DNA of 64,000 nucleotides from Pelagomonas calceolata (taxonomy: Eukaryota), in the NCBI GenBank assembly GCA_918797485.1, contig CAKKNE010000001.1, positions 2,728,001 through 2,792,000 of the forward strand, given 5' to 3'. The translations under genes and the position numbers were made by a program. Below, piece by piece: positions 36,895-49,713 of this stretch; position 1 is the stretch's first letter, and every line of letters starts with the position of its first letter. The notes under the pieces are model-generated. The model was not told the origin of the DNA, ran no database searches, and saw nothing but the letters and a program-made list of their open reading frames with translations.

Positions 36895-37989
36895 TGACAC
36901 TGGTGGAGAAAAGCATGACTATTTTAGGTTCAAGTTATCAAACCCGAGCTTGGTGTTTTTCCTTCCTAGATTGAACATCGAGGTATTAGTTAGCTGGATA
37001 CCAAGAATGCCCTCAAGATGCGCCTAGATGTCCCAGTCTCGTCGGGTGATGGCAGTCAATACGCACTAGTGCTGACCTAGTTCGTAAATCGTGGGTTTGT
37101 CAATTAAGCAATCTCAGACCCCGCGCCGAGGAAAGCAGTTTGCCACTAGCATTCGGAGGCTTGTACGGTGAAAGATCAGAAAAATTTCCGCCGTGACTAG
37201 ATTAATCTGCTCATTTAAAATTACTAGTGTCGTATGAATAGTAATCATAAACTGAAGCAGGAGAGAGGGCGGATTAAACTGAAGCCTGACCCTGACTCGG
37301 AGCCCGAGGGTCTCGAGTCTGTGCCGAATTCGCTTTAGGCCGTGACCGTGACCGTGACCGTGACTAGTAGATCGCGTTCCGAGTCTGCTGCAGCGGCGGC
37401 GATTGAAAAAGTAACCCCTGCCTGCCAGTCCAGTCTCGGACAGGGCAGAGTACTTCTCGATGGCACTCTACAAACGACTCGGCCAGCGGCCAAGTGGCCG
37501 GGAACACGAATCTGCGAATTATCACGCACCACTCCTCTCGGTCTGTGCGCGCACCGCGCGCACCGAATTGGCAGGGCGCAGATATTACTTGTAGCGACGT
37601 CCCTGCCAGGCTTTTGGGCTGCCCACGGCGTTGCGGTCGCGCAGTCCGGCCTAAATAAAGCCTCGTTTCGGTCACCCACGCAGTCGCCCCATTAGGGCTC
37701 GCCCGACCCACCCACCCAAAACGTTGTACTGCAGGGGAAGGGGTACGCGGCCGCTCAAAACACGTGCGACGGATCAAGGAGTAGAGGAACAACACACCAC
37801 CTGACCGAGGTCGCGGATCGCCGTGATTCCATGCGCGGACGGTTTATTTCGCTACAGTGCCTATCGTGCCCTCGGCGGGGCTTCAAGGTTTTCAAGTTTG
37901 TAGTCCGCGAGAATCAGACAGCCATGCGCCCGCGGTGTGAAAGGGTGGTTCGAGGGGCGCGTCGCGATAGGAGATACGCCCAACGCCGG

Positions 37990-39154
37990 ATGGCGACTGG
38001 TCCTTGGGCCAAATGTGCGCGACGCGAGTTGATCTGTTTACTCCTGTCAAAAGCACTAGGAATCCCTAGGCTACAACAGCTCGCCAAGCTTTGATGGCGT
38101 GGGCTCACGCGGGCGTCCGCTCTATGGTAAAAATTATATTGTCTGTGATTAAAAAACGATTTTCGCAGATAAACGCTCAGCGCAGAGTTGAAGAAGTACA
38201 AATAGATGGCCTTGCTCTGCTTAAACTTGTTAGATAGGAACTCAAAAATATTGTGACGTCTAACCGTAGGTAAAGCATTGTCGTGATGCATTGCCCAAGA
38301 TGGTCGCAGGATCGCTACTGGGGCTCGACAAGGGTTCAATTCTTGAGGTGACGCACTGCTTTCCATTCCTGGCCCCCAGGTCTCAGGATGATTACGAAGA
38401 TATCGGAGGCACAGAAGAGGATGTGGACGGCGAAGAATATCAGATGGAGATGATGAAAATGCTCAGGGAAGTGAATGTAGATAACAACTGTGTGGGATGG
38501 TACAAGTCTATTTATGCGGGGTCATTCTGCCAGACACCTTTAGTGGAGACTCAGTTCAGCTACCAAGATAACCTATGTAATAATTGCGTTGTTCTGCTTT
38601 ACGATCCTAGTGCAATATGCAATGGGAAATTGAGTGTCAAGGCGTACCAGCTTTCTGAGCAATTCATCACATCTTACAGGGCGAAGTCAAACTCATTTGT
38701 GTCGCCCTCCTCCATTTTGGTGCAGCTTCCACTTAAAGTCCGCAACTCTAGCCTTATCACCGCGTTGCTTCACGACATAAATGAATCCAGACAGCTCAAA
38801 ATGTGGCTCAATCTTGTAGATCAAAACACCGAATGTGCAAATCCCCTGGAACGCCACCTTGAACACTGTTGTCAGTGGGTTGACGACTTGATTGAAGAGC
38901 AGGCCAAGTTCCAATACTATCTCCGCAATATTGAGCGTTTCAAAGATCATGCGCGTTGGCTTTCGCAACGTCGAGTTGATATTAATGATGAAGAAGATGA
39001 TGCGCCCATGTGGAAAAATGCTACGAGCCCACCTCGTCTAGATTCACTTCTCATTGCCAATCAGCTAAAGCAATATTGCCTCGAAATTAACCGATACTCA
39101 GCTTTTGTTCTCTCCAAGCTCCAGCTTGAAGTAACTTGCTGCAAAAGGGCATAG
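37990..39154 (+). CDS. EIF3H: Eukaryotic translation initiation factor 3 subunit H
   Basis: VEEVQIDGLALLKL|VKHC...VAGSLLGLD...LEVTHCFPF...YQMEMMKMLREVNVDNNCVGWY (MPN domain) and PPRLDSLLIANQ. The 5' exons are approximate. Confidence 0.92.
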
Positions 39155-39699
39155 TTCTCATACATACCTGATGGTCATTGGACTGATGTACATTCTCGAC
39201 TTCTCCCTTTGTCTGCAATGAAATAAAAGAATGCCAGCTATTTTGGACTGCAGGAGTCTTTTTCCGCGACCTAAATCTGGATGCGCGAGAAGAGCTTTTC
39301 GAGAGTCCGAGAAGAGCTTTTTTCGAGAGCAGCGCAATCATGATGGTGGTCTTAGGTGGCCAAGGCCAAGGACAGGGCAGGCAGGCCCGTTTTCAATTAA
39401 TGCCTACTAGTAGAATAAACTTGAAAACATTTTTTGGGGGTGTGGTGGTGTGGGGGTTCTGTGGGGGTGTCGACTACTAATATTGGGGAGATTATCGGGA
39501 AAATTACCCCGGGGGGAAATAGGTCACCGTCACCGTGCACTGGCAGTGTGTAATTCCACTGGCCCAGGACCCCCCGGCGGGCACGCGGACCCGCGTAGTC
39601 TAGCGAAATAGGGCGTCCCATGTTTCAGAGCGTCTGCGACGGGAGATGATCCCGTAATTGCAGTGGCTCATCGATGTCTGTCCTCGGGCCTCAGGCTCT

Positions 39700-39752
39700 T
39701 ATCATCATCATCATATTTATCGCAATCATCATCATCATCATCATCATCATCA
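39700..39752. repeat. (ATC)n microsatellite
   Basis: Two ATC runs. Confidence 0.9.
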
Positions 39753-40230
39753 TTCACACTATATTTGAGTGTCCAAAATTGGACGACGTCAGAGGAGATT
39801 TCCTCCAGAAACTAGAAACGATCTTCCTCCAGAAACTTCAAGTTGAACTAGAAACGAACGCCGCGACGGATTGTTTGGCTTTATTAATGGGAGATGACCC
39901 GCCCCAGGAGATTGAGAATTCGCTCTATCGTTTCTTGACGTCTCTTTTCAAGCGCCGACTGGGTATCCTAGCCGCGCAGGGAGAAGGCCTCTAGAGATCT
40001 CCGAGTCTCTAGAGGCTCGGTGCTCCGCCGAGTCCTTCAAGTTCAAGTTTTCCTTTAGGATATTCCTTCCTTAATTATATATTAGAAATAGTTGTTAGTT
40101 CTCTGATTGTTGTTGGAAGTACTATAGTGTGTTCCCAGGGGTCTTTTGCTTTTGGCCGGTTTAAATTTTTTCAAGGTTGGCGCGTAGGCTATTGCGCGCC
40201 AGCTCCGCTCGGTGTAGGAATACATTGAGC

Positions 40231-43200
40231 ATGAGAGCGGATCCCATTCCCAAGCCTCCACCAAAACTCGGGATTTCGCATGCAACACGCGAAGAGCGTG
40301 AGTGTTTTACCTTGTTCCAGCAGCACGATGGCAGGAAACGCAAGACTAAGGATATCCCGGGTTGGTCTCCTATTCCGCCGATAGAGTGCCGCGATGGACC
40401 TGATGAAGCATGTAACGAGACAAGCGAGACTAAACAAGGTGAGAAACCCAAGCAGAATGCGTTTGACAGGATCATGACAGCAGACCAAAGGCGACGCTCT
40501 AAAAAGCGAAGCTCAAAGGCAGTAGGTAACCAGGATGCCGAATTTGATCAAACAGAATTCGCATCCAGATATTGGCTAGACGAATCCTTGCCTGTGCTAT
40601 CTCGACCAGAGGAAATATTTGGAGATATTGTCCGGCGCTTCCCCGAGATAAGTGACTTAGCGAGCAAAATGGAAAGACCGTTGCGAGTTGCAACTATGTG
40701 CAGTGGCACAGAAGCCCCACTCTTAGCCTTGGAACTTGTATCGCGTGCCTGTGAAGTTCAAAAAGAGAGCCCCCTCGCAGTTACACACGTCTTTTCAAGT
40801 GAAGTTGAACCTTTCAAGCAGGCTTATATCGAACGTAATTTCGCACCGCCTCTTCTATTTCGGGACGTTCGGGAACTTGGCAGCAGGCAAGCACACACGG
40901 CCTTTGGTTCACTTGAAAATGTGCCGCGTCAACGTGGTGACGTGGATATTCTAGTTGCCGGCACGTCATGTGTTGACTACTCTAATCTTAACACTTGTAA
41001 GAAGACATTAGAGCAGTTAGGGGAATCTGGTCAGACGTTCTATGGCATGTTCGAGTGGGTGCAAAGAGCACGGCCGCCTCTAGTACTTCTAGAGAACGTA
41101 TGTGGCGCACCGTGGAAAGGAATGATTCGAAACTTTGAAGCAATCAACTACCGTGCTCAAGCAGTTCGTCTTGATACCAAGAATTACTACCTCCCTCAAA
41201 CTCGCACTCGAGGCTACCTTCTGGCCATTGCAGACGAAGTGGCATTGCCTGATGTAATTCATCGCTGGGAAAGACAACTCCGCGCTATGGAACGCAATGC
41301 ATCCGCAAGCCTTGAAGCTTTTATGCTTGACGCCCACGATCCACGTGTTCAGGCAGCGCGGGAAGACCTCAGCTACAAAAAGAAAGATAAGGAAGATACG
41401 CCCTGGGACAAGTGTGAGGCGCGACATGCTCGAGTTCGTATTGAGGAAAAACTTGGACAAAAGCGCCCGCTAACTAACTGGGTGCATGGCGTGAATGCTG
41501 CATCTCTGCCGGACTTCGCTTGGCGCGACTGGGCGGGTGCTCAAACAGAGCGGGTTCTCGACAGTATGGATATAGACTACATGCGCCTCGTCAAGCGCCG
41601 CGAAGATGCAAACTTCAAGACAAGTGTGTGGGATTTATCTCAAAATGTAGATCGATCTGACCCGACCAAAGCTAAGCTGGGAATATGTCCATGTCTCACG
41701 CCTTCCTTGTGTGCCTACGTCACTAATCAGGGCCGGCCCGTCGTCGGTGTCGAGACCCTCGCTCTGCAAGGTATCCCAATTGATGACCTCTTGCTCACTC
41801 GTGAGACCGAAGAGAATCTCACCTCGCTCTCCGGGAACGCTATGTCTACGACGGTTGTTGGATCTGCTCTTCTTGCTGCGCTTCTTTCACTTCCCATGGG
41901 CGTCCTTGGGCGCATAGGAATTGTTGATTCAAAAGCCTGCGCAAGACATTTGGACACTAATTATCCAGTCCAACACCATAGCACGCGAGGTAGCGATCGA
42001 CATGCAAATGTTGTAAGATCGCAAGTTCTGGTTCGGGAGCCGCTGGAATTGGGTGCAACAATTCCAAAGTACTTTCAAGGTGCTGGGTCATTCGCGGAAC
42101 GTGTCCTTCACGCCGCTTCCCAGAGCGCCAAGCGGTGCGTCTGCGAGGCTCAGCGGACTAATTCTTCGTCCAGGGTTCTCTACTGCACTGCCTGTGGTCA
42201 CAGCGCTTGCGAGGCATGCGCAGGCAAACCAGAACACACTCAGTACAAAGTGGATTGTCGGGGTCGGGTATCTCCTGAGGAATTTGAGGTTGCTCTTGGG
42301 TTGGCACTCCCAACAATTGTCACTCTTTCTGGCTTGTCGACAGCTTCTCTCTGCAAATTACGCCCAGAAACTGCTGGCCTCTCTCGTAATCTGCCTGCAA
42401 GCAAGAAACGCAAGTCAGAAATGGGTGCTATCGCACAAACTGCCCTCGACGATGAGGTCTGGAGGAGATGGGTTGAAATTGTGTCTCATCTTGACAGAGC
42501 AAGTTTTCGTCTAGTTGAGATGAGACGATGTGTTGAATGTTGGAAAGTACGATACACAGATGCGTCAAGCGCCCTTGTTCTTGAACTGACATTAGGAGGT
42601 GTATATGGAATTGTATGGCATGCATTTGTTGAGCCACCTCGGGGGCGAGGTCCACTGCGAGACCGGCTTGAAGGTTTCGCAGTTCTTCGCGGTTTCGTTG
42701 AGAGTACGGGGGACAGCCTCTTGGATGCCAACTGGAGTTTGCGGCTGCCAATTGATGATGATATTGACCTTGAGCTGAGCTACGATGGGCCTGTGGTAGA
42801 ATCGTTTGCATCATCCTTTGGAATGGAAGATGAGAATATGATCGGCAAACAACGCTATTCACATATCAATGTGAAAGTGCTGAAGGGTGCCTCGTATCTT
42901 GATGAAGATGTATCTGGACGTCGACAACAGCGTCTATGTTTCCCCTTAACCTGCCCCACCACTAGTGCCCCCCTCTCCCTTCATTCAATACACAGCGACG
43001 GCCTTGTCTCACCGGCAATAACCCTGTGTTGTGCAGGTTATGTGCTACTGCATAAATGTGCCGCGCCTTTGGGCTCCCTCCATAAGAGGTTGGGAAACGA
43101 CAGACCAGAACTTTATCTCTTTCTTGAATCCAAGCCTGTTGGTCCTGCAGCATTGGATACCTACGTCTTTGCGCGTGACTGGCGACGTCTTGCTCTGCGC

Positions 43201-46200
43201 GAAGCACGGTCATCACTCGTGTGCTCACTCCAGAGAGGTTGGCACCCACTTGAGTGTACTAAAGATAAGGCCAATGTTACAGAGATTAAGACATCAACTA
43301 TTTTGGGGCGTTGGGTGCCTATTAGTGCTGATATTTCCCAGGTTAATGCGGCCGCATATACAGAGCAAGTTCAAACAGCCATTTCCGTGAACGTTTCCTC
43401 TCCCTGGAACGCAAGTTCCATTCTTGAGATCGCAGTCGATCTCGGGGATCTCTGTGCGACGTCAGTATCGCCTGTCTGGGGGGGGGCATCGACAGTACAT
43501 CCTGAACAGTGGAAGTCGCTCACTCTGAGGGTGGTAGGCGCGTGTGGTGCTGTCGCATCGGCGTCAAAGATGGCCTTAGGGTTTCTGGTACCTCGACTGA
43601 AATTACCAGTGGCACTCTCTGTCTGGCAGACAGTACAAGGGGGGTCCAGACTTGCAGCCAAAGTCCGGGCCGGACTGCCATGTTGCACGACATGTGCTCC
43701 CCTAGCACCAACACTAAGCTGGGTTAAAGTAGCGGGGAAATCGAATCAATTCACCGCCATTGAAGACCCATACCTCGCAGGTGAGTACGAGCGAGCGCTA
43801 AAAAACCGACCCGCCGCCTTCGAACTAGATTCTAAACGCGAAAAACAGCAGAATGCTGATATCGGCTTTCTACGTATCGCCATTAATCCCGTTGCCATTG
43901 CTGTGCGGGCGTTCTCTGCGCTCCCGCGGTTCCTTCAGGCACGAGCTGACGGCGAAGGGAAGGTCCAACTTGACTTTCGGATTGTTAGTAGTAATTTTGG
44001 CAGGACAATGCTGCCCGCTCGCTCATTTTCTCTTTGTAGCAATCGTGTTGACGAACAGGCTCCCCAGACTCCTGGTTTTGGCAATGCAGCATCGGCACTG
44101 CGGCCTGAACAACTTCGGTCATTAACTTGGATGCAGCGCATGGAGGCAACATGTGAGCCCTTTATTGAGGAAGAAGTTGTAGATGAAGCTCTTTCTGTTC
44201 TTGGCTGGCGAGCAGAAGCTCGTGTGCAAATTCCTGTTGTGGTCCGAGGGGGTGTGCTTGCAGATGCGGTTGGCTATGGAAAAACTGCAATTACGCTTGC
44301 ATTGATTGACGCGCAGTGGCGAGACCAAGCCCCAGAGCTCCCTCCACACCTCTTGGGCAAGGCTATTCCCTGTAAGGCCACTCTCGTTATCGTACCTAAG
44401 CACCTCATGGCACAGTGGCCAAGTGAGCTAAGAAAATTCCTCGGTGATCGCTACAAGTGCCTTACGATTATGAGTGTCGGTGATCTAATGCGGCTTACAA
44501 TCCCAAAAGTTCTCGATGCGGAAATCATTATCATGTCGGTGCAGACTTTCAGATCAAAGGCGTATTTTGATCATCTTGCTGAATTTGCCGCGGTCCATGC
44601 TTTCCCGAGCAAGGGTGGGCGGTACTTTGAGGAGGTTCATAGTCGGGCTCTCCAAAACATAGAAAAGTATGTTTCCGCGTTTCAAGCTTCTGGCCAAGCA
44701 GGTCTTGATTCCATGCGAAAGGCTGATAAAAAATCCCTGAGGGTGACACTAGCTGTGAATACTAGTAAGAAGCAAGCCTACGAGAGCGGGGTGCCCCTGC
44801 GGGGGGCGCGTGAATCCAAGGTTGCGCAGAGAAAAAAGTCATCGCCCAGTGTTGTGGAATACTTTTCGTCGGATGATAGTGAACAAGAAGAAAAGGCCTT
44901 TGTCAAACCGAGGGTGGAGTCGGTACGCACTAAGCGCCCTGGTCCAAAGGCACCACCTCTTGAAATGTTTTATTTTGCCCGAAAAGTCGTGGATGAGTAT
45001 ACATACTTGGACCATCGTGATGTTCCAACTGTACAAGCCATCAAGGCACGTTGCTCGTGGGTTCTATCTGGCACCCCACCACTCGAGTCCTTCGATGACG
45101 TTAAGGGCATAGCAGCATACTTGGGAGTGCATCTTGGGGCGAGCAATCCTGTGGTACTCACCAAAAAAGGTGATCGTCCAACTGATTCGCGTAAGGAACT
45201 GTCCAAGTCAGAGCTGTTTCAGGAGTTCTTGGAAGCGAAGTCCCAGTCGTGGCATGCGCGTCGCCAGGATGTTGCACAGAGATTTTTGGACAGATTTGTA
45301 AGACAAAATGTAGCTGAAATAGATGAGATTCGCTTTCAAGCAACAATACAACGGGTAGTTATGCCTGCACCGGACCGTGCTGTGTATTTAGAGCTTGAGC
45401 ATCATCTCCATGCACTCGAAATGCAGAAGGTAAAGGCCGCAGCACGTGGTAAGAAGAAATTCCGTGATAAGAGTGATCGGGAGACCAGACTTTCAGAGGC
45501 TCTGGAAGGGAGCGCCGATGCTGAGGAGGCGCTCCTGAAACGATGTGCACGCCCAGCCTCGGCCCCCAATACGATAATGAATGGTAGTAGTGGCGACGGC
45601 AGCGATGTTACAGCCTGTTCTAACGTTGTGTCTAAGCGCGCTGCGGAGCTGGAGAATTGTGCAACTCAAATTGTCAGGGAGGTTGCTGCAGCACATCGCG
45701 TTGAGGAGGAGATTCGGCGTTGGGCTGCAGTGAGTATGTCCAGGCCTCTCAATGGAGACCGAGGGTGTGATAATATTTTCAAAAAGCACGGGAACAGCAT
45801 GTGGCAAGTTGATGGAGAAAAGAATGCTCGCGGACGGACCAAAAAAAAAGATAAACCTGGCAAACCATTCGATAAATTTACGGGTCACCAACATATGCGC
45901 GAGTGGTGGAACGAGCTAAATCAGGGAATTGGTGACAGTGATGCATCGGCCCAGTTGCTTGCGCTGGCTGCCGAAGGCCTAGCCATTGCAAGTCATAGTC
46001 TTAAAGGCGAGTCACATGAATTTGCATCTGGTATCGTACGTAGTCCCGAAGTAAGAAGAAGATTAGACGCACAGACCCGTCCTGAGATCATCAAGGCAAC
46101 CCGTTGTGTAGATCTTGTCTTTCCTGAACCAATTATTGAGGGCGAATCTGCTCCCGTGAGAAAACAACGGGATGACACTCTCAAAGAGCTTTTCTGGGCT

Positions 46201-47091
46201 CTGCGAAACCAAGTGTATGAACTACGAGCCTTGAACAAAGAGTACGTGGGCAGGACACGTTCCCTCCGATTCTTTCGGGCCATCGAGCAAGCTCAAAGAG
46301 AGTTTGTTGCTTCACAGCCGTTTTCATCATCTGATCAGGCGACTAACGTACAGATTCCACTCACCAATCGAGCCATCTTTTCATGCTGCGGTCATGTTGG
46401 CGAAACCTCAAAGATGCGTGCAGCAGCAGCCCGAGAGGAATGTCCAGCAGCTGGATGCCACGCAAATGTGCGCTCTCATTCTGTTGTGGAATGCGCATCG
46501 CTTTGCCTTAATGAAAGCAACTCAAATGCCAAGGCGGTCACTCATCATGGTGCCAAGCTTGCAGAAATCATAGATCTCGTGAGTGGTTTCCCAAAGGATG
46601 AGCGGGTCCTCATATTTGTTCAATTTGAGGATCTCCTGACCCAAGTACATGCTGTCCTCACTAAGGAGGGTTTCCCAGCGCTGAAGCTAAAAGGTACAGC
46701 TCATCAAATGTCGGCCATAATGTCAAAATTTCAAAAAGCGAAGTTGGGAAAGAATGATGAGCGCATACTTCTTCTAGAACTCCACAACGAGTCTGCATCT
46801 GGTGCGAACCTAACTGCTGCAAATCATGTGATCTTTGTGCACCCACTTCACGTAAGATGCACAGTCTTCCCCTAGTCTCATTTTTATCTTGATTCTTCTC
46901 CCTCTGAAAGTTGATTTACACAGGTCAAGACCTTACAGAATTACGTCATGTGTGAGACTCAGGCCATAGGGCGTGTTCGTCGTTATGGACAGCGGAAAAT
47001 TGTCCATCTTTACCGGTTCCTCGTCGATGACTCGATTGACATCAAAATATACAAACGTCGATGTGATGAGCAGGCAAAGCGTTTTCGTTGA
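40231..47091 (+). CDS. DNMT5: DNMT5-type C5 cytosine DNA methyltransferase fused to an SNF2 ATPase; introns 46852-46923 and probably 42920-43036
   Basis: MTase motifs LRVATMCSGTEAP, AGTSCVDYS, LENV, YYLPQTRTRGY and GNAMSTTVVG. SNF2 motifs GGVLADAVGYGKT, VVDEYTY, WVLSGTP, SGANLTAANHVIFVHP and QAIGRVRRYGQ. Confidence 0.95.
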
Positions 47092-47548
47092 ACCAGCTTG
47101 GATTTTCCGGCTACCGGCGGACCACTGTGCTCGTAATGCGTAGACAAGCAAGCAAGAGCATCCTGTCCGCTGCGTCTAGTTTCGCTATTATTATGGTGAG
47201 TACCTTAGAGGGACCATCGCTAGCTACTCCGAGGTCGGAATTCAACTCCGCGAGGTGCCCCTTTTTTAGTCGCGTCGACGTCGAGTCGGCAAGTCCCGGG
47301 TCATTGGCGGGCCATTCAACATCGGAAATCCCAAGTTGCCTTTTGGGAAAATCCGAGCTGCCTTTTCGTAATTGGAGACAGCACCCCCCCCCCCTCCCCC
47401 CATCGTCGAGACGCCGAGTTGAGCAACTTCCAACCCTAATATTCGGTGTCATCATATGACCTAAATAGGATGGTACTTGTGGTAATCAGGCTAACGACGA
47501 CGACGAGGGCTGGGTAGAGGAGTAGCATTATCTAGCTAGTACTGAGTG

Positions 47549-47757
47549 GAGATGATGATATAAGTTGAGTCGGTTTTTACACCACTTTTTCGATGCTTAG
47601 AGGTCAATTAAGCCCTATTCGCTGCGCTCATAGGACAATTGACCTCTAATCAAAAAAGTGATGCAAAAACCGACATCAACTTATTTTTAGGGTTCCCCCT
47701 CCCCCGACCTTACCAAATGTAGATTTTAGAATTTTAAGATTTATATTTAATTTATGA
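47549..47757 (+). repeat. Dispersed repeat R4 containing a ~125-nt hairpin (inverted copy 53585-53813)
   Basis: Shared core TAGAGGTC.ATTAAGCCCTATT.GCTGCGCTCATAGGACAAT.GACCTCTA and shared flanks. Confidence 0.88.
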
Positions 47758-49713
47758 TATTGTTATGACGAAAATGATTTATGCTTTTTGAGTGTGTGTG
47801 TTCAACTTGCTTCAAGCCTGAGATATACACCAATTTGCCTGGTCGTTCCCAATTTGAGTCCATGCTTATTACGGGCCAGTGCTATTCTATTAGTCTTTTT
47901 TCTTTGTTTTGGTACTGTGGCTGTTGTAGCAACAAGTTTCGAAATACATGGTGACAATCTTCCACAATCGAGCATCGAAACTCGCTTGACTTGAGGTCCG
48001 TTAGTTTTTTTTTCAGACGCGGCATTTTGCAATGAGAACGGGACGTTGCTAGCTATTTGCCGTTCTAGCGCGTCTGGAAACCTGGCAGAATATTTCCCTG
48101 CGATCTTTTGTCGGCGTGTCGTACGAGCAATGTCAGACTTGGGAAGAATCATCTCAGCCCTAACCTCGAAGTCATTTGTCATTGGCCAAGTCGCTTTGTT
48201 TCAAGTTGTCCTGCATGTCAGTCTCTATGTCACTCATATTCTATCTTCACCCACCTCGACTTGATCAACCATTGGCGCCGCAGACAGTTTGCACCGTGCC
48301 CCGCCGCTTGATTCTTCATTTCAAAGATTTTCATTTCATGCACCAAACTGCGGTACTAGCACGTTCTGCGGTACCTACGGTACCGTACCGCAGTAGGTCT
48401 GTGGCTTACCAGCTTGTACTTGTACTGCGGCATGTACCCGGGCCCGATACTATTTATCGTCACGTTCCTTCCTTTGGGACGCCAGCCACTCTGTCCGACC
48501 GTGACTGAGTCGCAGGCCCGGGCGTTTTGACCCCCCCCTCCAAACGTTGTCTAGGCAGTTTCATTACATTACAGGTAGTCAGCGGAAGATGAACAGCTTG
48601 TAATCCGTCACGGTGTGTACGTCAGCGCGCGGGCATCCTCGTGCAAAACACTTAGTCTACGTCGTGGTCGCGGGCAGCCGGGCGACGCAATGCCGAAAAC
48701 GCGGCAGCAAACGAATCCCTTCTCGCCGAGAAACGGCCAAAAACCATGAAAAAAGACTTGCGATCGCCTTTTTTGGCGCAGTTTCGAGCCGATCGGGCCA
48801 CCGCAGTGTCGGATATCATCGTCCGTGTGACCGCCGACGATCTGAGACAAAAAGCAGGGCGAATATCGCGCTGAATGTCTAGGACTTTTTGTTGTATGCC
48901 TTCCCAGCCACCACGGCGGGCATATGCGGGGATTCGGCAGCTGGCGCTCCAACAGCTGCTGAAGTCAATTCCCCTTCAATATTATTATTTTTAGAGGCAG
49001 CCTGAGCCAAACTCCCCAGTCATCAGGCAGCCTCGCAGCCCGCTGTGGTGCACCACAGAGCCACTTTCCGGGCATTCGAGCAGCTGAGTGATGCAACCCT
49101 GCTTCGAGTATAAAAAGGCCCAAACGCACGCGACCGCGGCGGCCGCCACTGGCATCCTCAATTACTTTTGTGCGGGTGCCAGACAATATATTCGACCTCT
49201 TCTCTTTGGTTCGAAGTGGCAGTGCCAGTGGTCACGCTTAGGGCCTCAGGCTCGGGCGCGTCGCCACTACGTGGGTTCCGAGCCTGAGTCCGCCGAGTCG
49301 ACGGTGACTCGGACTCGGACGACTGGCACTTTTAAGTTGACCCCGTTTCATTGCTGCGAGCTCGTACGCTCGTGCATCTTTACGCGAGATTTCAGTACGT
49401 TTATGCGCGTGATTTATACCGCAGTAATAAACTAGGTAAACTACCTACGGTACCTACGGTACCTACGAGTAGAAGGTACAAGCCGCCCCCGTTGTAGACG
49501 CAAAAATCTAACGCGTAGACTTTGCTTTACCGTGCGTACTTCGCGCCGGCCGCCAGTGCATCGCCCTAACCAAACAAAAAGCGTGTCGTTGCTGTGGGCG
49601 AACGCATCGCTGTTTGGAGCAGCCTGATGAGCACATAAAGGCCGTAGAGCTAAGACAAGAAAAATCAATAGGCGATTGAGCCCCGAGCCTCCAGAGCGTT
49701 TAGCGCTAGTTGT

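Noticed and set aside
39674..39994. 106-aa ORF with poly-Ile
   Set aside because: Poly-Ile comes from an (ATC)n microsatellite. No other coding evidence.
40177..40230. DNMT5 start at the TTG given by the ORF track
   Set aside because: Eukaryotic gene. The first in-frame ATG is at 40231.
47802..48182. 126-aa minus-strand ORF
   Set aside because: No recognisable motif, and I could not build a consistent spliced model. It may still be a small gene.
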